From Gammaproteobacteria bacterium (GTDB lineage Bacteria; Pseudomonadota; Gammaproteobacteria; Steroidobacterales; Foliamicaceae), in contig OY762933.1 of NCBI GenBank assembly GCA_963666765.1, positions 2,695,422-2,759,421 of the forward strand: a stretch of DNA of 64,000 nt, given 5' to 3'. Numbering within the stretch: the first letter of the stretch is position 1; every line of letters begins with the position of its first letter. Under the pieces are notes generated by a model. The model made no database searches, was not told the DNA's origin, and worked only from the letters and a program-made list of their open reading frames with translations. Shown here one piece after another: positions 58,814 through 64,000 of this stretch. The position numbers were made by a program, and so were the translations under genes.

Positions 58814-59542
58814 ATGTCGGGCACGGCCATCAACCCGGAGAATGCGATAGCCATATCGGGACTGCGTTTCGGCTACGGTTCGGACGATGACATCCTGGCC
58901 ATTCGCAAACTCAATGTCGGGACGGCGCAACGGGTATTCCTGTTCGGTCCCAGTGGATGCGGCAAGAGCACGCTGCTCGCCATGATCGGCGGGGTACTGG
59001 TTCCGCGTGCAGGTACCGTCGCCATTCTGGGTGAGGATCTCGCCGGCATGAAGAGTGCGGCCCGCGACCGGGTTCGCGCGGACCACGTCGGCTTTATCTT
59101 TCAGCAATTCAATCTTGTGCCGTACCTCTCGGTTGTCGAAAACGTATCTCTGCCGTGTCGCTATTCCCGGCGGCGGCTGAAGCGCGCCATTGACGCCGAT
59201 GGCTCCCTCGAGAGATCGGCAGCCCGGCTGCTTTCGGCACTCGGAATCGGCGAGGAGCTTCGTTCGCGAAAATCGACGGATTTGAGCGTTGGGCAGCAGC
59301 AGCGTGTCGCTGCCGCACGCGCTCTGATCGGGCAGCCGGAGCTGGTTCTCGCCGACGAGCCCACCTCGTCTCTCGACGCGGATCGTCGACGCGAGTTCAT
59401 CAGTCTGCTCGTGTCCGAGTGCGGCCGGGCCAACAGCACCGTCATCTTCGTCAGTCATGATGCTTCGCTCGCGACACACTTTGACGTCGCGACCGATCTT
59501 CAGCGGACCAACGCCGCGAGGCTCCATTCAAATGCTGCATAA
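58814..59542 (+). CDS. zrgB: ABC transporter ATP-binding protein (ZrgB-like, MacB/LolD-type)
   Basis: Start ATG 58814 (MSGTAINPENAIAISGLRFGY). Walker A GPSGCGKST, signature LSVGQQQRVAAARAL, Walker B LVLADEPTSSLD. Confidence 0.85.
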   Translation: MSGTAINPENAIAISGLRFGYGSDDDILAIRKLNVGTAQRVFLFGPSGCGKSTLLAMIGGVLVPRAGTVAILGEDLAGMKSAARDRVRADHVGFIFQQFNLVPYLSVVENVSLPCRYSRRRLKRAIDADGSLERSAARLLSALGIGEELRSRKSTDLSVGQQQRVAAARALIGQPELVLADEPTSSLDADRRREFISLLVSECGRANSTVIFVSHDASLATHFDVATDLQRTNAARLHSNAA

Positions 59543-60776
59543 CATCGGCAACGCACTGACGCTCGTCTTCAAGAGCCTGATGAACCGGCGTGCGACGGCC
59601 GCATTGACCGTTGCATCGATTGCCGTGAGCGCGGCCCTGCTCTCCGTGGTGGACCGGGTCAGAACAGACACGCAATCCAGCTTCGCCAACACGATCTCCG
59701 GCGCCGACCTGATTATCGGCGCGCGCAGCGGCGATCTGAACCTGCTTCTGTATTCGGTTTTTCGTATCGGCAACCCGACGAACAACATCGCATGGAGCAG
59801 CTACGAGAAAATCGGCGCCCGACCGGAGGTGGACTGGACCATTCCGATTTCCCTGGGAGATGCGCACCGCGGCTATCGGGTCCTCGGAACGGACCTCGGC
59901 TATTTCGATCATTACAGGTATGCCGATCGACGGCCGCTGGCGTTCCTGAAGGGTGGTCCGTTCACCGCACCCACCGATGCAGTTATCGGCGCGGAGGTTG
60001 CCGAGCAGCTTGGATACGATGTCGGCCGGGAAATCGTCGTATCTCACGGACTGGCGGATACGAGCTTTCTTACGCACGACGAGGATCCGTTTACGGTCAG
60101 CGGAATACTTGCGCGCACCGGCACGCCCGTCGATCGGACTGTGCACATCAGTCTGAGCGGCATGGATCTGATCCATTCAAATGGCGATGGCGACCGCGTG
60201 GCGATGCCCATCGCCGGTTACGAGCCGGGAGCAATTACGGCATTCCTCGTCGGGCTCGAGTCGAAGACATCCATATTCGCGCTGCAGCGGTACGTCAACG
60301 AGTTCGAGGACGAGCCGATGACCGCGGTCATTCCGGGCGTGGCGTTGCAGCAACTCTGGGGCCTGATCCGCGTTGCCGAATACGCGTTGCTGGGCGTGTC
60401 GGCGATGGTCGTGCTGGCCAGCGTACTCGGATTGCTGGCCACGCTACTGGTCAGCCTGAATGAGCGCCGCCGCGAAATGTCTGTCTTGCGTTCCGTCGGA
60501 GCGAGGCCCGGTCACATTTTTGCGTTGCTGCTTTCGGAGGCAGCAACGCTTGCGTTTCTCGGCGCACTGTCCGGACTGCTGTTGATCCAGCTCGGCATTC
60601 TGGCGATACGGCCGTTCGCACTCTCGGAATTCGGCATTCAGCTGAGCGTCGGGCTGCGGGCTTTTGATCTCTATGTGCTGACGGGTATCCTGGTCATTGC
60701 GGTTCTTGTCAGCATCATTCCGGCCTGGCGGGCATACCGGAATTCGCTCGCCGACGGTCTGACGGTAAGGCTCTAG
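59532..60776 (+). CDS. zrgC: ABC transporter permease, FtsX/MacB-like (ZrgC-like)
   Basis: Start ATG 59532 (MLHNIGNALTLVFKSLMNRRATAALTV). N-terminal TM, large periplasmic domain, three C-terminal TMs with the FtsX-type ERRREMSVLRSVGA motif. Confidence 0.85.
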   Translation: MLHNIGNALTLVFKSLMNRRATAALTVASIAVSAALLSVVDRVRTDTQSSFANTISGADLIIGARSGDLNLLLYSVFRIGNPTNNIAWSSYEKIGARPEVDWTIPISLGDAHRGYRVLGTDLGYFDHYRYADRRPLAFLKGGPFTAPTDAVIGAEVAEQLGYDVGREIVVSHGLADTSFLTHDEDPFTVSGILARTGTPVDRTVHISLSGMDLIHSNGDGDRVAMPIAGYEPGAITAFLVGLESKTSIFALQRYVNEFEDEPMTAVIPGVALQQLWGLIRVAEYALLGVSAMVVLASVLGLLATLLVSLNERRREMSVLRSVGARPGHIFALLLSEAATLAFLGALSGLLLIQLGILAIRPFALSEFGIQLSVGLRAFDLYVLTGILVIAVLVSIIPAWRAYRNSLADGLTVRL

Positions 60777-61043
60777 TGCGCTGTCTCATAAGTTCGTTGC
60801 CTTTCAGCGTGTCCCCTGCGGCGTGTGGCAAGGCGCGTTCCGCCGGGAATGGCGCCTCCCATTGCCCAGGGACGCAACGCGGCCACAGGCTGCAGGGGCC
60901 GCGCCCTTCGGGAGCGGGCCTGAAGCGCCACTGCGGCGTTGCCGCCCTGGGCAATACAGGGCAGTATTCCCTGCGGACGGCGCCTTGCATTGACGCTTCA
61001 GGCCCGCTCTGAAAGGCAACGAACTTATGAGACAGCGCACTAG
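60773..61043. mobile_element. 271-bp foldback (MITE-like) element E2, CTAG-bounded
   Basis: Perfect 35-bp terminal inverted repeat CTAGTGCGCTGTCTCATAAGTTCGTTGCCTTTCAG (60773-60807) versus 61009-61043. The interior is homologous to E1 (61/66 identical in 60825-60890). The left CTAG contains the zrgC stop, and the right end abuts the AAGGAGG SD of zrgD. Confidence 0.7.
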
Positions 61044-61055
61044 CAAGGAGGAAAC

Positions 61056-61544
61056 ATGACCATTTCGAACCGAGTCATTCGGCGGGGGCTCGCGGTGACG
61101 CTGGTCCTCGGCGGAATTGCTGTTGCGGACGATGCCCGCGAGCTCACCTGGGACGATCTGATTCCCGATTCGAGAATGATCGAGCAGCCGGGGGACGACT
61201 CGTTCGACGGCGCGTTTTCGTTGCCGACCTTGCCTACGGGCGTCGTTGAAGAGCTCGACGGTGTCCTGGTGAAGATTCCCGGATTTATCGTGCCGCTGGA
61301 TATTTCCACAGAGGGCAAGGTGAGCGAATTCCTGCTGGTGCCTTATTTCGGCGCATGCATTCACTTTCCGCCGCCCCCCGCCAATCAGATTGTGTACGTA
61401 ACGGCGGAAGAGCCCCTTGATCTCGAGTCGACCTGGGAGCCGATCTGGGCGACGGGCGAACTCAAGACAGAGTTTCGCGAGTCCGATCTCGCTTACTCGG
61501 GATACACGATGGCGGTTCAGACAACCGAAAAATATGAGTACTAG
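61056..61544 (+). CDS. zrgD: DUF3299 periplasmic protein (ZrgD-like)
   Basis: 162 aa. Signal peptide, then VKIPGFIVPLD...EFLLVPYFGACIHFPPPPANQIVYV, the DUF3299 signature. Confidence 0.8.
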   Translation: MTISNRVIRRGLAVTLVLGGIAVADDARELTWDDLIPDSRMIEQPGDDSFDGAFSLPTLPTGVVEELDGVLVKIPGFIVPLDISTEGKVSEFLLVPYFGACIHFPPPPANQIVYVTAEEPLDLESTWEPIWATGELKTEFRESDLAYSGYTMAVQTTEKYEY

Positions 61545-61877
61545 CCGACAAATGGAACTTTGACCCACCAGTTTCAGCCCAGGGCGCGGGCCGTTCCGCA
61601 GGACTCGTCCACAAATCCACAGGACGGGCTTTAGATGATGGGCGCTCAGTGCGCGGCGGCACCTCGGAGGGCGGCGACACGGCGGTTGTGCCGGCCTCTA
61701 TCCGCTGAACGCCCTGCGCGTTCAGACACTCCTGCGCGGCGGTGTGCGCCGGGGCTGATTTCAAGCACTGGAGCGGTTGGTTCGGCAAGTTGCAAAACCG
61801 TAACGCAGCGTCCGGGGGACTGGGCGCGTCCTGGCTTACAATCGGGGCCTATTGCAAAAGCGGGGGCTTCCATCCTG

Positions 61878-64000
61878 TTGAATTCTTCCTTCCGGCACCT
61901 GGAAAATCGCCAGTTTGTGCGGCCATTGCTGGCAGCTACGCTGTTGCTGGCGGCGGGGGCGCTCCACGCCGACGATGACGATCACCACGACCACTCGGGC
62001 GCACTTGAGGAAATCGTGGTTCACGGGCATCCCCTGTCGGCCGAAGGGCTGGCCACGCCGGTCGATTCCGTGGAAGGCGAGGAACTGGAACGCAAGATGG
62101 CCGACAGCATCGGGGCGATAGTGGAAGGGCAGCCCGGAATACATAACAGTTCATACGGTGTGGCGGTCGGGCGGCCGGTGATACACGGGCTGGGCGGCGC
62201 CCGCGTGCGGGTCATGGAGGACCGGATCGACGTCATGGATGCCTCCGTGACCAGTGGGGATCATGCCGTGACCATTGATCCCTTCGTTGTGGATGGAGTG
62301 GAGATTTTCAAGGGTTCCGGCACGCTGCTGTATGGTTCCGGGGCAATCGGCGGAGTCGTGGATACGCACACCGGCCGCATTCCCCACGGCGCAAGGGATG
62401 TGCTGAGCGGCAAGCTGGACCTCAAGCTGGGCGACAACGCCAACGCGCGCAGCGGTTCCTTCCGGCTGGACGGGGGCGCCGGTCAATTCGCCTGGCACTT
62501 CGACGGCTTTGCCCGGCGGGCGGACGACTACGAGATTCCCGGCTACGCTGAATCCGCGCTGTTTCGGGCTCTGGAGGAGGAACATGGCGAAGAGCATGGC
62601 GAGGAAGGCCATGAAGACGAGGACGGAGATCATGAGGACGACGAAGAGGAACCCTTCGGCGTGGTGCCGGGCAGTTACATGGACGTCAGGGGCGGCGCCT
62701 TCGGCTTTTCCTACGTCGGTGATCGCGGATTCGCGGGCCTGGCCGTAAGCCGATTGGATTCCGAATATGGAATCCCTGCTCACGGGCATGAAGAATTCCA
62801 TTCCGAGGATGAGCATGAGGAGCACGGACCTGCCGACGAGGAAGAAGAGGAAGAGCACGGGCACGAAGGCGAGGGATTTCCGTTTATTGATCTGAATCAG
62901 ACGCGCGTGGATTTCGAAGCGGCTCTCCTGGATCCCTTGCCCGGTTTTTCGAGCTTCAACCTAAGGGCCGGCACGAACGACTACGAGCACTTCGAGATAG
63001 AACCCTCGGGCGAGATCGGAACGGTGTTCGACAGTCAGGCGTGGGAAGCACGCGCGGAATTGAGTCATGGGCCACTTTGGGACTGGACCGGCGCAATCGG
63101 CACGCAGATCTCCGGTCGCTCGCTCTCGGTGGTCGGTGAAGAGGCGCACGCGCCACCCGTGGATACTCGTTCCCTGGGCGTGTTCTGGGTCGGCGAACGG
63201 TCATTCGAGGACTTTGAACTTGAAGGGGGCGTGCGGGTGGAGACTGTGGAGCACTCGCCCGTGGAAGGCGCCGACAGGGACTTCTCGCTGGTCAGTGCCT
63301 CATTGGGAGCGATTATCCCGCTGCACGCCGACTGGACCGCGGCCGTGCAGGCCGATTACTCCACCCGTGCGCCGGTAGGTGAGGAATTGTTTTCCGACGG
63401 CCCTCACGTGGCGGCCCAGAGTTTCGAAATCGGCCACCCGGGGCTTGAGGAGGAAAACGCCCTCAACCTTTCGGTAACGTTGAATGGCGACGGTCCGAAC
63501 TGGTCCGTTGCGGGAACTTTCTACTACACGTCGTTCGGGGATTTCATCTATCTCGCGTCCACGGGAGAAGTCAGGCGCGAACTGGTCGTGCTCCAGTTCC
63601 TGCAGGGCGATGCGGTATTCCGGGGGCTGGACCTGGAGGCGTCAATGACCCTGGCGGAATGGGGAGATGCGCGCTTGCGGCTGACGGGTCTTTACGATGT
63701 GGTGTCCGCCAAACTGGATACTTCAGGCAACGAATACCTGCCGCGCATTCCCCCTCAGCGGTTCGGCGCGGGTCTGGAGTTCACCTGGGGCGCTTTCCGG
63801 ACCAACATCGACTACCTGCGCACTTCCCGGCAGGACAAGCTCGGCGACCACGAACTCCCGACCGCCGGATACGAAGACCTGCGCGCCTACATCTCCTATG
63901 ACATCGAGAGAGGCTCGGTCCTGACGCAGGCGTATTTGCGCTCCAGCAATTTGACCGGCGACGAACAGAGAAAGCACACCTCCATCATCAAGGACCGGGC
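61878..64000 (+). CDS. znuD: ZnuD-like zinc-type TonB-dependent receptor (3' end beyond the right edge; start TTG 61878 or GTG 61917)
   Basis: Own translation; not in the ORF track because it is open-ended. ...RPLLAATLLLAAGALHADDDDHHDHSGALEEIVVHGHPLSAEGLATPVDSVEGEELERKMADSIG... (plug). Two His/Asp/Glu-rich loops (EEEHGEEHGEEGHEDEDGDHEDDEEE; HGHEEFHSEDEHEEHGPADEEEEEEHGHEGEG). The beta-barrel continues to the window end. Confidence 0.85.
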   Translation, partial: MNSSFRHLENRQFVRPLLAATLLLAAGALHADDDDHHDHSGALEEIVVHGHPLSAEGLATPVDSVEGEELERKMADSIGAIVEGQPGIHNSSYGVAVGRPVIHGLGGARVRVMEDRIDVMDASVTSGDHAVTIDPFVVDGVEIFKGSGTLLYGSGAIGGVVDTHTGRIPHGARDVLSGKLDLKLGDNANARSGSFRLDGGAGQFAWHFDGFARRADDYEIPGYAESALFRALEEEHGEEHGEEGHEDEDGDHEDDEEEPFGVVPGSYMDVRGGAFGFSYVGDRGFAGLAVSRLDSEYGIPAHGHEEFHSEDEHEEHGPADEEEEEEHGHEGEGFPFIDLNQTRVDFEAALLDPLPGFSSFNLRAGTNDYEHFEIEPSGEIGTVFDSQAWEARAELSHGPLWDWTGAIGTQISGRSLSVVGEEAHAPPVDTRSLGVFWVGERSFEDFELEGGVRVETVEHSPVEGADRDFSLVSASLGAIIPLHADWTAAVQADYSTRAPVGEELFSDGPHVAAQSFEIGHPGLEEENALNLSVTLNGDGPNWSVAGTFYYTSFGDFIYLASTGEVRRELVVLQFLQGDAVFRGLDLEASMTLAEWGDARLRLTGLYDVVSAKLDTSGNEYLPRIPPQRFGAGLEFTWGAFRTNIDYLRTSRQDKLGDHELPTAGYEDLRAYISYDIERGSVLTQAYLRSSNLTGDEQRKHTSIIKDR

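Noticed and set aside
58643-61043. The CTAG-bounded hairpin elements after cassette-like genes could be integron attC sites
   Set aside because: The ends are CTAG(T/C)..., not the RYYYAAC/GTTRRRY core sites. No intI integrase or attI is present. The flanking genes form a normal zrgABCD operon rather than promoterless cassettes.

Overview
GC-rich, densely coding chromosomal segment of gammaproteobacterial type. Many neighbouring genes are linked by ATGA, GTGA or TTGA start/stop overlaps, and long antisense shadow ORFs are common. Content left to right: a catabolic-looking cluster (VOC protein, hydrolases, FAD monooxygenase, a Tat-signal ThDP enzyme coupled to a cytochrome c, TauD, and a PrpD-like/EthD-like operon); a small accessory islet (foldback element, divergent FlhC-like and FlhD-like genes, tRNA-Met); an orphan SBP, a HAMP-only membrane protein and an OFA-type MFS transporter; a ferredoxin with a split acyl-CoA dehydrogenase; a long housekeeping run (leuS-lptE-cysS-hisI-sufE-yidD-trm112-holA-nadD-rsfS-yhdP-nit-tldD-purE-pmbA) in which tldD is frameshifted; a lone DUF4143 AAA+ ATPase followed by a diverged about 100-bp pmbA fragment; folC; a TPP-riboswitch thiamine uptake/salvage operon; aldehyde dehydrogenase, VOC, DUF485 and ActP-like genes; bioB-bioF-(peroxiredoxin)-bioD-bioA; and a zinc-uptake cluster (DUF2946, TonB-receptor relic, zrgABCD-like, ZnuD-like receptor open at the right edge). 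The least conventional signal is non-coding. A family of CTAG-bounded foldback elements (11531-11798, 58643-58808, 60773-61043, plus a solo arm at 50897-50927) each abuts a TAG stop codon. Two of them share a highly conserved structured core but have divergent, internally perfect terminal arms. A separate short REP-like stem-loop family occurs six times in five loci. No CRISPR array, integrase, transposase, reverse transcriptase or recognised defence system is visible, and I cannot claim a clear novel protein system. The best protein-level candidates are a possible SBP-dependent MFS module, a Tat-exported ThDP enzyme with cytochrome c, and the non-flagellar FlhDC-like pair.
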